Shown here: piece by piece, positions 44,419-57,544 of the stretch
Layout of the letters: every line of letters starts with the position of its first letter
How positions within the stretch are numbered: the stretch's first letter is position 1
Assembly (NCBI RefSeq): GCF_011745625.1
Contig: NW_027191468.1
Location: forward strand, 124,001 to 188,000
Direction: 5' to 3'
Length of the DNA stretch: 64,000 nucleotides
Source of the DNA: Cladosporium halotolerans
Lineage: Eukaryota
The notes under the pieces: generated by a model
What the model saw: only the letters and a program-made list of their open reading frames with translations
Told to the model about the DNA's origin: nothing
Database searches by the model: none
Made by a program: the position numbers and the translations under genes

Positions 44419-45601
44419 TCACAGCCGCGCCTTCTCCCCGGCGCCCACGATCTGCCGCTTGCAATCCTGCACCAGCTCCCAGCCCAGCTCGCCGTACGGC
44501 TTCATCTGCCTCGCGTAGTCGCCCGCCTTCTCGCTGCTCGCCTGCCGCTGCGCGAACCGCGCCGCGATCCCCTGCATGATGATCGAGCCCCTGTAGATGT
44601 TGAAGGCCTCGCCCCACGTGTACTCCTTCGCGGGGTACTGCCAGCCGACGACCTGCGCGTACCAGGCCTTGCACTCGGCCTGCGAGGGCAGGCCGGGCGT
44701 GGCGCCGGCGACGAAGGCCGGGTTGGCGCGGTCGGCGGTGCGGGCGCGCGAGGACGACGCCGTCGTGTAGGGCATCATCAGATTGGTCAGGTCGGACAGC
44801 GGGTGGCCGATCGTGCTCATCTCCCAGTCGAGGATGCCGATGACGCGCGGCTCGGTCTTGTGGAAGACGACGTTGTCGATCTTGTAGTCGCCGTGCACGA
44901 AGGTCGAGCGGTCCGCCGGCTGCGTCGCGCCGTCCTTGAAGAAGTCCACCATCTCGTCGTAGTGCGGGATCTTGCCCACGGGCTCCCCGGTGTCCTTGTC
45001 CTTGGCCTGCGCCTGGCTCTCTGAGATGGTTGCGAATGTCTTCAGCTGGCGGTTGTAGAAGCCGCCGTGGCGGCCGAACTTCTCCAGTCCGACGCTCGCT
45101 GGGCTCACGCGGTGGAATTTGGCGAGGGTGGTGACGGCGGAGTACCACATTTCTCTGCGGTGCTCGGGGCTAACGTCTGGGAGGGCTGGGTCTTCGAAGA
45201 TGCGGCCGTCGAGGAAAGACATGATATAGAAGGCTGTTCCGACCACGGACTCGTCTTCGCAGAGGCAGTAGGTTTTGGGTACAGGGACGTCGGTTTTCTC
45301 TAGAGCGTGGAGGATGCGGTACTCGCGGTCGACTTGGTGGGCGGTCTTGGAGAGCAGCTTTCCGGGAGGCTTCTTGCGCATGACATACTTGTTGCCGTCT
45401 GCGGCTTTTAGCAGGTAGGTGGGATTACTTTGTCCATAGCCAAACTACGGTGGTGGGTTAGCCGAATCGTGGCTTGTCATGAGATCTTGCTGTGCAGCCC
45501 ACCTGCTTGACGTCCAGCGGCGTCTTGATCTCGGGGACGTTAGCGTCGAGGTAGCGCTCAAGCGACTTGAGGTCGATGGGTTGTCTAATACGGCCTGCCA
45601 T
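44419..45601 (-). CDS. APH-like phosphotransferase (ACAD10/11 N-terminal-like; exons 45601-45503, 45444-44419)
   Basis: MAGRIRQPID...VKQ|FGYGQSNPTY, RKKPPGKLLSKTAHQVDREY, VHGDYKIDN and ILDWEMSTIGHPLSD. Confidence 0.92.
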
Positions 45602-46605
45602 GGTGGGACAGTGCTGGCATTGATCCTACATGGCAACTGCGCTCGGGATGGGAAGCGGTGGTGTATGGAGGCAGTGGGTGTGTCGAATGCGGAGGGCAGA
45701 TGCCGAGGTTGGAATCGGCAGGTGGAAGCTGTCGCTGTGGACTGGCCGACTGGCCGACTGGGGGAGCAGAGCTCTGGCGCCGTGGAAGCGCAGGGCAGAG
45801 AAGCGCCTGCGACTGCCTCCTCCTGCACTATTCCCGGGTTGCAGTCTGGTCTGAGGGCGAGATTATCTCGATCAGCACATGCGAGTCCCGTATAATTGTC
45901 TTGTAGCAGCCGCAGACAAACGCCTCGCGATATCACCTTGTGTCGACGAACCGCCTCAGGCCTCCGTCTGCAGACCGCCATCGTCATTGCGAACGCTCTG
46001 TTCACCCAGCGTCTGCGCAGGCTGAGCGAGGCCCAATGCCGGAATCGCTCATTGTTGGATCAAGCACGCCGTGTCGGCGGCATTCTCCCGTAATCTGGTC
46101 GGCCGCAGACACGGATCATCAATGCCAGTGTGCTCGTGCAAGCGTGCCGTGTGCCTGAGCGCCCGCTGTCCGGTCCTTGCGCGCTGCTCGCCTCGCCGCA
46201 GGCATCGCGCCGCCACGTGAGCCCGCGTACACCGATACCTGGTCCGTCCCACTTGGGCAGAGAGGGCCGCAAATCACGACGGACGCCCGGCCTCGCCAGC
46301 ACCCACCAACCGTTCATGCCAGAAAAAAACACATCATCGACAAGCTGCTCCGCCCCCGGCCGTCTGCCTCTCGTCTCACATCATCATCAGCAGCATCACT
46401 CGCATCACATCACATCACAGACAACCTGCAAGAAGCCGCTCCCGAGATCTCACACAGGCGCGCCCGCGCCGCCCAATCCGCTCCCAGCACGCCTAATCCA
46501 CCCGCCCACACGCGGTTGACTCCCGACTCCGCGCCGTCACGCCCGCAGCCTCCCTCCCACCCGCCGTGATCCCTGTCCCCGCGCCCAGCGCGCCATACCA
46601 AACAC

Positions 46606-48929
46606 ATGTCTGCCTACCACAACCGGACGACGCCCAAGCAGCAGCTTCGCTCCGCCACCTCGTCTGCCGCCCTGCAACGCTCTGGAATCCGCAAGGCGTC
46701 GGCCTCGTCGCCTTCCCTGCGCTCCTCCGCTGCCGATATCAACCGCAAAGCGTCGCTGCTCGCGTTGACCGGCAACATGCCTGCGACGCCTTCTGGTGTT
46801 GGGGCGGGGTTGGAGGTTGGAGATGCGGTCAATGTGCCTGGGGATATGTATGGAACAGTGCGATTTGTGGGCAGTGTGAGAGGGAAGACGGGGCGGTTTG
46901 TGGGCGTTGAGCTGGATAGGGAGTTTGCGGCGAGGGGAAAGAACGATGGTGATGTCGATGGGTATGCATGAGCGCGTAGAGACATTCGCTCACTGAAGGA
47001 CACCACGCTGACAGGAGGGATCACAGCACTCAGTACTTCCACACGACCGTCCCTGGCGCCGGCATATTCCTACCCGTCCACCGCGCAGAGCGACGCTCAC
47101 CATCCGCCGGCACCGATTCGTATCCTGGCACGCCTCAGACACCATCGCACAGCACGTTCAATGGAAGGAGGACAAACAAGGGATACACACCGCCCACGCC
47201 CGCCTTGCCTGCTAAGTTCTCGCAATCGGTCGGGCCTGGCGCGAGGCCGTCTAGCCCCTCATTGAAGCCAAAGCGACCCTCTCTGCCTAGACCAGAATCT
47301 CCGCTCAGAAGGCAGCCAAACCTCGCTCCCACGCCTGCTGCGAAAGGGCTCTCACAAAGCGTCAGGGGAGGCCGCCCGCCGCTCGGTACCACCCCAAGCA
47401 AGCAATCCTTGAAGGCATCCACCTCTACTCGCCCTCCTGGTGGCCCTACTCCACGCCCATACTCGCGCACAGGCTCAAGAATCGGACACCGAGGCGACGA
47501 AGACGGAGCCGGCCAAAACGGCCGCATGATGAGCGGCAGCTCCGCCGCCTCTTTCTCGCAACCCCAACGCTCGCCCTCAAGACTAGGCAGCGCGCACGGC
47601 CAGGACTCCGAAATCCCCAAGCTCAGATCCCAGCTCGCGGAGCGCGACCGCCGCCTCGAAGAGCAGGCCTCGCACCTGGCGGAGATGGAGGCCAGCGTCA
47701 AAGAGCTGTCGGGCCTGATCCCCGCCGACGGCGGCGGGCTGACGCCTGGCGGCGGCCGCGCGTCGTCGGAGGACGACGACAAGAACACGCCGCAGCTGCG
47801 GCAGGCGCTGCGCGAGAAGAACGAGAAGATCTCGATGCTGACGGCCGAGTTCGACGCGCACCGCGCCGACTTCCGCAGCACGCTCGACAGCCTCGAGATG
47901 GCGTCCACGGAGACGGAGCGCGTTTACGAGGAACAGAAGAGGGACCTGCTCGCGCAGATCGCCGAGCTGCAGGACATGCGGCAGAACCAGGAGGACTTCG
48001 AGGGCGTCGCCGAGCAGCTGAAGCAGCTTGAGGAGCTGGTCGCGGAGCTGGAGGAGGGGCTTGAGGAGAGCAGGAGGGGCGAGGCTGAGGCGCGAGGGGA
48101 AGTCGAGTTCTTGCGCGGTGAAGTGGAGAGAGGGCGTTCGGAGCTCAGGAGAGAGCGCGAGAAAGCCGCCGCCGCGCTGAAAGACGCAGGCGGCAGCGTC
48201 GCTTCGCCGAAGGAGCTGGAGGCCAAGGACGACGAGATCAGAGGCCTGAAGGCCATCATCCACGGCCTCAGCGACGGCCACGCCGCCCCCGCCGCCGCCG
48301 CTGCCGCCACAAACGGCAGCTCACCCGCCGACCCGGAAGAAGTCAAGCGGCTCCAAGACGCCCTCGACGAATCCCGCTCCGAGCGCGAAGAGCTCGAGAA
48401 GGAACTCGAGCAGCTCCGCCGCGACACCGCCTCCGCCTCCGCCTCCGCGAAGCCCAACGGCCACGCGCGCCACGAGAGCGAAGCCACCGAGAAAGCCCTC
48501 CCCATGCGCCCGCGCCGCGACACCGTCAAAGCCGCCGCGCCCAGCGCCCCGACGCTCGAGGAAGAGACGTCCGCCGCCGACGAGGACGAATCGCACAGCG
48601 CCGCCGACGCGGTCTTCTGCGAGCTGTGCAAGAGCGCCGAGCACGACACGCTGGACTGCACGTCGCTGCGCTCGATGGCATCCGAGGCGCGCGGCGGCGA
48701 TGACGGGGACGACGAGCGCGAGCGCGAGCGCGAGCCCGCCGCGATGCCCAAGCCGCTGAGCCTGGGCAAGGAGAACGAAGACTCTGCTGCTGCTGCTGCG
48801 GCGGCGGCGAAAAAGCAGGCCGAGGCCCTGCCGAAGCCTGCTGCTGACGGCGTGGACGACGACAAGTGGTGCGCGCTGTGCGAGAAGGACGGCCACCTTG
48901 CTTTCGATTGTCCGGAAGAGCAGTATTAG
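46606..48929 (+). CDS. CLIP-170/Bik1/ClipA microtubule plus-end protein (exons 46606-46961, 47027-48929)
   Basis: CAP-Gly domain (FVGVEL..GKNDGDVDG), long coiled coil, two CCHC knuckles (FCELC...HDTLDC, WCALC...HLAFDC) and a C-terminal EEQY (EEY/F-like). Confidence 0.9.
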
Positions 48930-50529
48930 TTCTGTTGTTGTCGCTGGGCTTGAGTGCGTGGACGCCGCTTGCCTTTCGCGAATGGCGGGGCGGGCGAGCG
49001 AGGGGCGGCGTGCTACTACCTGTGGTATTCATCATGCATTGGGAGGCGGGGATGCTTTTTTCTTTGTATGTATGTGTTTGGTGAGGATGGAGGGGGAGGG
49101 GAGGGGAGGGGAGGGAAGAAGGGGCGGTTAGAGGGCTGGTTGTTTCTTTGGCCGCGCCGCACGCTCTATACCCACTTCGCGTATTTGGTATCTTGAATGG
49201 CATGATTTTTTTTCTCCGTCATCTGAGTAGGCATTGGTTTTCAGAATAGTCGATGATCGAGGCCATCTCCTTGCTACTCTTCGTGATGTCTGATGGTAGA
49301 TGTGGGAGAGAGAGACGTCTGCTTCCGACATAAATCGCTCTCAATCATCCTGTAAGATAGCTCAAGCCCCAGAATGTCCAATCCCTCTCAGATAGGCGAT
49401 GAATGCTCGGTTATGCGCCAACGCGGCGGGTGAGGTGCGTGCATCCCCGCGAGACGCACCGACGCCCTATAACGCTGCACGTCGTCTAGACACCTGCAGT
49501 CCTGATGCAATGCACCTCAATGGCAGCCAGCTCTGCGGGGACTTCTGTATCATTACGGTCAATGATGAACTACCGTCTGACATACACGCCTTCGATAACG
49601 ACGTCGCAGGCTGCAGAATGCCGAATCCCCCTCACCTCCTCGCATCCTCACATGCCAACTCTGGCTCGCCGGTGAATGATGCGCTCACCGCCTGCGATGG
49701 AAGGGCACTCCTTGCGTGTCTCGCGACACACTTTTCCTCGAAACCCTACCGCTAAAGACAAACTCTCGCGGTCCAGCAAGCGGAGCATCCGCACCTCTCC
49801 GTGCGGGTCGCAGGCGGCTTGTTACATAGCGACAGCGATAAGCCGATAACAACCGCCAAATGCGGATGACGCCTTCCCCGCGGCACCGCACGTGTCGATG
49901 GCGCCGGCTCTGCTTTGCCGTCACATGCCACCACCGGCTCGCGGGCTGCGTGGGCTGCTTGGGCTTGCTTTGACACACAGCTTGACCTTTCTGCCACGAC
50001 AGACCGCCTCAGCGCGCCAGTCGCCACGATTACAGTAGATCCCCCCCGGACCAGCCTGCCAGCCCCAAACATCGGTGCTGCCTCCCCGGGGCCCGGTGGG
50101 TCTGCCGCCTCGCTCCCCGGCCCTTCTTGAACCCAATCCTACGCCCTACACGCGATTGATAGAGTCACCCTCGTCTGCGTCTTGCCTCCCTCTCCCCGTG
50201 TCATCATCTCCCTCCCACGACACCACCACCACCTCCACCCCTACCTCCCTATTTGACATCCTCGCGTGGGGTGTTGCAAGCCAGTCCGCATCGACCAATC
50301 CTCTCGTCCCGTCTGCTGCCTTTTTCCCACAACTACCCCCAAGCCCTAGCCGCGTGCTTCGACCGAAACGGCAAGTCGTCGTGGGATCGCGCGTGGGATT
50401 TCTTGAACGCCTCGATCCAGCCATCCATCCATCCAATCTTTCGAACGGCAGGCCAACGATCCAATCAGACGGCCGATTGCTTGAACTATTTTCTCGCACC
50501 CTCAGGCTCATTGGCTCTCGTGCTACGCC

Positions 50530-52270
50530 ATGGCTCCTCCCGCGGCCATCGACGTCTTGCCCGAGTCCGACACTTCGACCTTCACTCTGCCGGACCGCTT
50601 GACGATCCAGAGCGTTGCGAAGCGTAGGGCGGCGGAGGGCAGGCTTGTCGCGGGCGTTGCTGCTATTGCTGATGTTGATCGGTTCAAGGGCAGGAATGTG
50701 CACGCCCACAAGTCGAAGGCGAAGCGGTGGGATCGTAAGTGTAGCGTTCCTTGTGTCGCGTCGTGGATCGGATCGGATCGCGTTGCACAGAAGATGCTTG
50801 CGCCTATGTTGATCATGGACTAACGTGATCCTTGCAGATCGATTCAGTCTCGAGTCGAGCACCAGACTGCCAAGCTCCCTCAAAGGCGCGGCGCAGTATC
50901 TCAAGAACCCTGGCATGATCTCTTTGGGCGGCGGCCTGCCCTCGAGTGAATATTTTCCATTCGAGCAGGTGAGCGTCAAGGTTCCGGATGCTGGTTCTTT
51001 CGACACCAAATCAAACTATTCAACGGTATCCGCTGGCAAGCACGATCTCGCCGAAGGCATCTCCGACTTTGATATCGCCACGGCGTTCAATTATGGTCAG
51101 GGCTACGGCGCTGCTCAGTTCCTGCGGTGGATCGTCGAGCACACGGAGATCATCCATTCGCCCCCGTATCAGGACTGGAGTTGTACCATGACCGTCGGTT
51201 CGACGAGTGCGATCGATATGGGCCTCAGGATGTTCACCAAACGCGGCGATTGGATCTTGAGCGAGGAGTTCACGTTCCCGACCGCCGTCGAAGCTGCAGC
51301 CCCAATGGGCGTCAGAGTCGCTGGCGTCAGCGTCGACGCCGATGGTCTTCGCGCCGACGCTCTCGATGAAGTTCTCACCAACTGGGATGAGTCTGTCCGC
51401 GGAGGAGCGAAGCCTTTCATCCTGTACACCGTCCCAACCGGGCAGAATCCGACAGGCTCGACTCAACCGTTTCAACGACGGAAAGACATCTACGCCGTCG
51501 CGCAGAAGCACGACCTCATCATCTTCGAAGACGAACCCTACTACTTCCTCCAAATGGACCCCTACACCGGCCTCGACTCCCCCGCCGCCGCCCCTCCAGC
51601 CTCCCACGCCGCCTTCCTCCAATCCCTCGTCCCCAGCTACCTCTCCCTCGACGTCGACGGCCGCGTCATGCGCCTCGACTCCTTCAGCAAAGTCATCGCG
51701 CCCGGCTCGCGCGTCGGCTGGATCACCGCCTCGGAGCAGATCGTCGAGCGCTACCGCCAGCACGCCGACGTCTCCACGCAGTCGCCCTCCGGCATGTCGC
51801 AGCTGCTCCTCTTCAAGACCCTCGACGAGCACTGGGGCCACGCCGGCTACCTCGACTGGCTCATGCACATCCGCGCCGAGTACACGGCGCGCCGCAACGT
51901 CCTGCTCGACGCCTGCGAGCGCCACGTGCCCCGCGCCATCGCCTCCTGGTCCCCGCCCGCCGCCGGCATGTTCCACTGGTTCCGCATCGACTACGCCCGG
52001 CACCCGCAGTTCGCGTCGAAAAGTCGCGCGCAGATCGAGGACGAGATCTTCCACGCCGTCGTCGCGCGCGGCTCCCTGCTGATGAAGGGCTCGTGGTTCT
52101 GCCCGGAGGGCCAGAAGGATGGGGATGCGATGTTTTTCCGCGCGACGTACGCTGCTACCCCGCTGGGCGATATCAAGGAGGGCGTGAGGAGGTTCGGGCA
52201 GGCGCTGAGGGATGTGTTTGGGCTTGAGGGGGCTAACGGGCATCCGAATGGGTCGAATGGGCACTCGTGA
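50530..52270 (+). CDS. ARO8: Aromatic amino acid aminotransferase, class I/II PLP (exons 50530-50734, 50838-52270)
   Basis: ISLGGGLPSSEYFPF, YTVPTGQNPTG, EDEPYYFLQM, PLP-lysine motif DSFSKVIAPGSRVGW, and FFRATYAA. Confidence 0.9.
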
Positions 52271-52718
52271 TTTGGTCGGAGGGAGCTGAAGGGTTTTGGG
52301 GGGATTGGATGAATGGGTGGGCGGTTTGGGTTCGTGTGCGTTTTGGTTCGAGGCATGTCTCTTTGGCTGAGTGAGCGCTTCTGCTGTTGGTCGGATTGGA
52401 TTTTGATCGGGTTTTCGGTATCTTCGTGAATCAAATGATTTGATGCTCCCAATTTTCGCGAGAAACTCTGGGGAGAACTGCACAGGCACGTTTCTAAGGA
52501 TCTCTACGTCTCACTCGAAAGATTATTAGCGCATCAGGCTGCCGAGCGAGATCCTAGTTTTACTGGATAGTTCGGGGGATACTTCGCAATCTCGCACTAT
52601 CGTTCTATAATTCAAGTCTAAAAGAGGCATCCACCATAACAGAACCTAGCATCCCTCAGACTCCCGGAAAGCCCGTACTCTAACACCAAGAAGCATATGC
52701 ATCACCCGCCCCTATGCT

Positions 52719-54328
52719 CTATACCTCAACCTCGCCAACCAAGTCCGCCCCCTTCTTTCCCACCTCCCCATCCACCCTCTCCTTCAACCCCGCCATCGAC
52801 CTCCCCAACTTCCCCGCCAGAACCCTCGCCCTCTCCGCCTCAAACTCCACCCCCGCCCTCTCCAGCTCCCCTTCCAACCTCCCCCTCGCCTCGCAATCCC
52901 CCAGCGCCCACGCAGTATTCAAATAAGGCCCCATGAACGTCGCGCCCAGCGGCCTGAAGCGCGCCGTCTCCCGCGCGAGCGCGACCAGCTCGCTCGCGAA
53001 CGCCCAGCCGTCGCTGCTGCTGCTGCCGCCGCCGTTGTGCGCGCGCGCGAGCGCCGCGTCCACGATCAGGCCGAGCGTGAGCGTCAGGCCGTAGCTGCGC
53101 AGCAGGCGGAGGTAGGGTTTCGCTTCTTCGGCCGCGGCGGGCGGGGAGAGGGGTTGATTCGGGGGGGAGGGGAGCTGGGCGCGGAGTTGGTCTAGGCGGG
53201 CGCGGTGGTCGTGGGCCAGGTGGGAGAGGCTTGCGTAGTAGGTGAGGGCTTCGGGCCCGGGGTTCGGGTGCGAGAAGAAGCGGGAGAGGCCGGTGACGAG
53301 CAGGGAGATCTCGGAGAAGAGGGCGAGGTCCGGGTCGATTGTGGGCCGGGGGCTGGTGGTTCGGTTCGTGTAGAGGGTGTAGAGGGGCCAGCAGCGGCTT
53401 GTGGGGGAGGGGGAGAGGGTTGGGTCGAGGAGGATTTCGGCGTTCTAATAAGTATGATTGCAGGGTCAGGCGGAGGGTCTTCTGGTTTGGTGGGAAAAGG
53501 GCAGAGTTCCCTACCATGATGGAACAGAGGATGACTATGAGGCTCAGGTCGAAATCATCGCTTGGATTGAACTCGGCTGAGGGGTTGTTGAGCATGTGCG
53601 AAAGGCCGGTTACATGTACCCCGATGTCTTTCGGTGCTCCGATCTTATCCTGAGTCTGATCAGACGATGATACATGGATCGATATTGGATAAAAGGGGGC
53701 CACGGGAAGATGTCTACATACCTGACACAATAGTAGGAAGTACGCCGCGCACATTGTGTCGATGCTATTGGATTGAAAGGGATCTGCAAGAGCCAGTCGC
53801 ATCGCTTCAAGCGCTTCAGTGTAGCTGTGCAAAGCATGCGCTTGTGGCTGTCTGCGAGCATGAGTACTTGGTGGTAAAGTAAGCGTCAAAGCCGTCGTTG
53901 CAGCGTCCAAAGCATCACTGTGTCCCAGTCGCTTGGGGATGTCGCTCATGAGAGGTCCATAGGCCCACACGATGTCGTATCTCAGGTCCTTCACCGAAAG
54001 CTTGCTGATCAATAAAGCGAGTAGCGAATCATGCGCATTGGGAGCGATTGCTTGCATAGGACCCTTCAGGTACACGGTACGGTGTCGATTCGCCTGTCTG
54101 GGCCTGGGCTTGCCGCCCATCTCGTCTACGAAGATGAATCGCCGCACGCCTCCACCAGTACAGGACAGGCCTAGTCGGGCGCACCTCGAACATGAGGGCT
54201 GCATCTGGTCACACTAAACGACAACGAGTCAGTGGGAACTCTTGTCTTGAGCGTCGTACTTGTAAATTGACCTTCTTGCGCTGCTTCCGACAGGCTTCGC
54301 AGCCACGACTGGTGGGAACACCTGGCAT
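52719..54328 (-). CDS. Zn(II)2Cys6 transcription factor (exons 54328-54272, 54213-53722, 53649-53515, 53444-52719)
   Basis: MPGVPTSRGCEACRKQRKK|CDQMQPSCSRCARLGLSC cluster, then IPKRLGHSDALD and RFRPLGA motifs; three introns keep frame. Confidence 0.85.
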
Positions 54329-55775
54329 CGCGAGATGTGACTTCAATGGGAAACATGCTCGCCATGACAGTCAGCAAAAGGATGGTGCGTTCTTAAACCG
54401 CGATGACAAACGTGGTGCCACTGCAATCAGTCAGCCCCAGGGCTGAAGCCCAGGAACCGTCTGTCATAAAAACACCTTTCCGTTTTAGGCAACATGGCGC
54501 GCTCGGGAGTATCCATCTCACATGGAGGCTCGGCACGTTCGAAATCTAGATGCCTACATGAGGACTCTTCCCGTTAAGCCTTGATTTGGCCAATTGAAAT
54601 ACGAAGTGAGACAGCTGCTTGTCCGAAAGATGGTGGTGTATCGCCTCTCGGATTGATGATGTACTTCGGAAGTTTCAGAGAATGAGACAGTGCACTATGC
54701 GTCCCCTAGGCGGCACGAATAGGTCGGAAAACAACCGCCAGAGCCTGTTCAGCGTTCACCTCTGATTTTGATTGATTCCAAGCGGCGAATAATAACGAGG
54801 GATGAGAAGCGGAGCTCAATTTGTGACACTTTGTCCAGTCTGTGATACTCAGCAAGAGGCTTTGTTAACAGTGGATCTTCCATGAAGAACATATCACGCA
54901 TCAGCATCGCTAGGCTACAACTACCTCATGACTGTGCGAAGGTCCGGGTATCAAAGTTGGCCACTTCTGCTTGTTCCGGAACGTGTCCTAGCGAAGACGG
55001 CTTTTGTATCCAGAGGTACTCGCGAGGTAAGACTACACGTAAGATGACGACTCAGGGGACGTAACAGTAACATCCACTGATATCCATGAAGATCATTTGA
55101 TGACTGATGCGACGCAAGCCATAGGGATGAGACACGCATGAGAATGTTGTAGATGGATGAATTTTGCCACCAAAGCAGCGTAAAGCATCCTGACGCTAAG
55201 GGGTATCTGCAGAGGCGATTGTGGGTCAGCATTGTCCAGTCGTTCGAGTTGTCCTGTCTTGTCACACATCACAACACGTGGCTCTTGCACTGTTAGCTCA
55301 TCTGCATGTTCTTGATGGGCGACGCAGTTGTGGTTCCTGAAGGAAGTCAAGATCTCTGGAGCGTATGAGAATGGCAAAAGACTTCCAGGACGCAAGGGCA
55401 GCTGACTCCCGGTCAGGCTCATCCTACCGATGCGATTATTATGGCTTATCGCCGTGTCGCTGAAGATAAAGTTCACGAGCAGGTGTTCAGTCCACCCTTT
55501 CTTGAGCTGGAGACCGACGTGCGTGGAGCATGCTGAGATGTACGCCGCGTGGGCTCTCCACTTTCCGGTGTTGCTTTCAAGCCACCGGCTATTTGACCGG
55601 CGGTCTTTGGTGGGCGAGCTGGGATGGATAATCTAATGCCGATGAGTGCTCTACGAGCCCGCCGTGCTAGGCGCCTTAAGAACTCCACGCAAGCACTCTC
55701 ATAAAATAAAGGTCTTGCGTTCTCCTACTTTCCGTTCAGTTCAGTACTATCTCCTGCATATCCCTTCCCTTCATC

Positions 55776-56691
55776 ATGGCCTCTCAAGATGATCTCAGCG
55801 CTGCTTCCCTCTTCAACATCAAAGGCTGGGTCGCCGTTGTCACTGGCGGTGGCTCAGGTCTTGGTCTTGTGACTGCAAAGGCTCTCGCTGCGAACGGTGT
55901 CAAGGTCTACGTTACTGGCCGCAGGGCCGACAAGCTGAAGGAGGCTGAGTCTCAGCACCCCAGTGGTGGCTCCATCATTGCTCTTCAAATGGATGTTACG
56001 GACAAGGAGAGCATCCAGGATGGTGTGGACGCCATTGCTAAGAAGGAGAAATTTGTCAACTTCCTCGTCAACAATGCAGGTGTCACTTCGGGTAGGTCGT
56101 CGAGAATGCCATTCTTCATCGCCAGCGTGTACTGATTTTACAGTGAACTATGGCCCCAGCGGAAGGCCGCAAGGATCACCCGCTGAGATCAGCAAGACCA
56201 TGATGAACAACCAAACTTTCGATGACTGGACCTGGATCTACAAGGTCAACGTGGCAAGCTACTACTTCACATCCGCCGCTTTCCTGCCTTTGCTTTGCGC
56301 TGCCAGAGACAACGGGTACCCGGAAGCTGGCTCCATCCTCAACATCAGCTCCATTTCCGGTATCACCAAAGAGAGTCAGAACGGACAGTTCTCCTACAAC
56401 GCTTCGAAGGCTGGCACGATCAGCCTGACAGAGCAGCTTGCCGTTGACTTCAAGCACCTGGAAGTCCGAGTGAACACTCTGGCACCTGGCTACTTCCCTA
56501 GTGAGATGACGCCTATTGAGGCTGACAAGGGTAACGAGAAGAAGCACTTCCAAGAGAAGTGGGGAATTCCGTTTGGCAGGGCTGGTCTGCCCAGGGATTA
56601 TGCGCAGGCGGTCTTGAACTTTGCAGTGAACCAGTACGTGTCCGGCTCGACGCTGGTCATCGACGGTGCCTACTTGCTTGATCACGCGTAG
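55776..56691 (+). CDS. Short-chain dehydrogenase/reductase (exons 55776-56091, 56144-56691)
   Basis: TGGGSGLG, LVNNAG, catalytic YNASK and RVNTLAPGYFPSEMT. Confidence 0.92.
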
Positions 56692-56740
56692 AGAAGAGTG
56701 AAGACAAATGTGAACGTTTTCGCATTCTACCATGGCTATC

Positions 56741-57544
56741 CTACCAAGGCTCCGTCCCCGTCTCATTTACCATCAAGCAATGCACGTCTTCCTTTGCACC
56801 TGTGGCACATCTGATCAACGCTTTGGCGCCTTCTCTCGGATCTTTGAGACCAGAGTAGTAGTTCAAGTTGGTAGCGCAGTAGCCTGGGTTTGATGCACTG
56901 ACAATAAAACCCTCGTCTTGAAGCTGCTTCGCGTACTGGACCATGATCATGTTCAGGGCGGATTTTGTGGACCTGTACAACACGTATTGCTGGGTGGCGT
57001 TAGCATGCATTCTGAAATTGCTGATGAGGCGTGCGAGACTTACGCCTGGGACAAGATCATCCTCGGTTGCTGCATGAAGCGAGCCCACCGATGACGACGT
57101 GAAGGCAAGGCGCTTCTCACCCTTCCTCAGCAGCGGGATGAAAGCCTCCGCAGTGATGGCGGTGCCAAAGACGTTGGTCTCATAGTGTTTCCGGTAGAGG
57201 TCTCTCAGAGCGGGTCCCGAGATGCGAGCATCTTCTTCGCCTGTGAGAGCGACTGCAGCGTTGTTGAGCAGGATGTCCAACTTTCCGTACTTGTCTTCAA
57301 CGGTCTTTGCAGCCGCGGCGATGGATGAATCGTCGTTGATATCAATCTGAATCGGCTCGAGGTCTTTACCATCAACCTTGACCGATTCGTCCTGGATCAG
57401 GGATTGGATTGCCTTCTCGGCTTTGCTGAAATCACGGCTCCCAAGGAGGACGTGGTATTTGCCTTCCGCTGCGAGTTGCTGGGCGGCGTAGTAGCCCAGA
57501 CCCTGGTTGGCGCCAGTGATGAGAATGATAGTCTTGGATGTCAT
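56741..57544 (-). CDS. Short-chain dehydrogenase/reductase, carbonyl-reductase-like (exons 57544-57044, 56989-56741)
   Basis: TGANQGLG, LLNNAA, TNVFG, catalytic YRSTK and PGYCATNLN; 54-nt GTAAGT..CTAAC..CAG intron. Confidence 0.9.
   Translation of the reverse strand: MTSKTIILITGANQGLGYYAAQQLAAEGKYHVLLGSRDFSKAEKAIQSLIQDESVKVDGKDLEPIQIDINDDSSIAAAAKTVEDKYGKLDILLNNAAVALTGEEDARISGPALRDLYRKHYETNVFGTAITAEAFIPLLRKGEKRLAFTSSSVGSLHAATEDDLVPGVSLARLISNFRMHANATQQYVLYRSTKSALNMIMVQYAKQLQDEGFIVSASNPGYCATNLNYYSGLKDPREGAKALIRCATGAKEDVHCLMVNETGTEPW

Noticed and set aside
50162..50167. GAGTCA (Gcn4/CpcA-like hexamer) upstream of ARO8
   Set aside because: A single partial match to TGASTCA is expected by chance.
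13508..52489. Long antisense or alternate-frame ORFs (e.g. 13508-14413, 15093-16193, 18462-19676, 28100-29137, 36869-37687, 41725-42747, 47924-48865, 51020-52489)
   Set aside because: Shadows of real GC3-rich genes; low-complexity translations without motifs.
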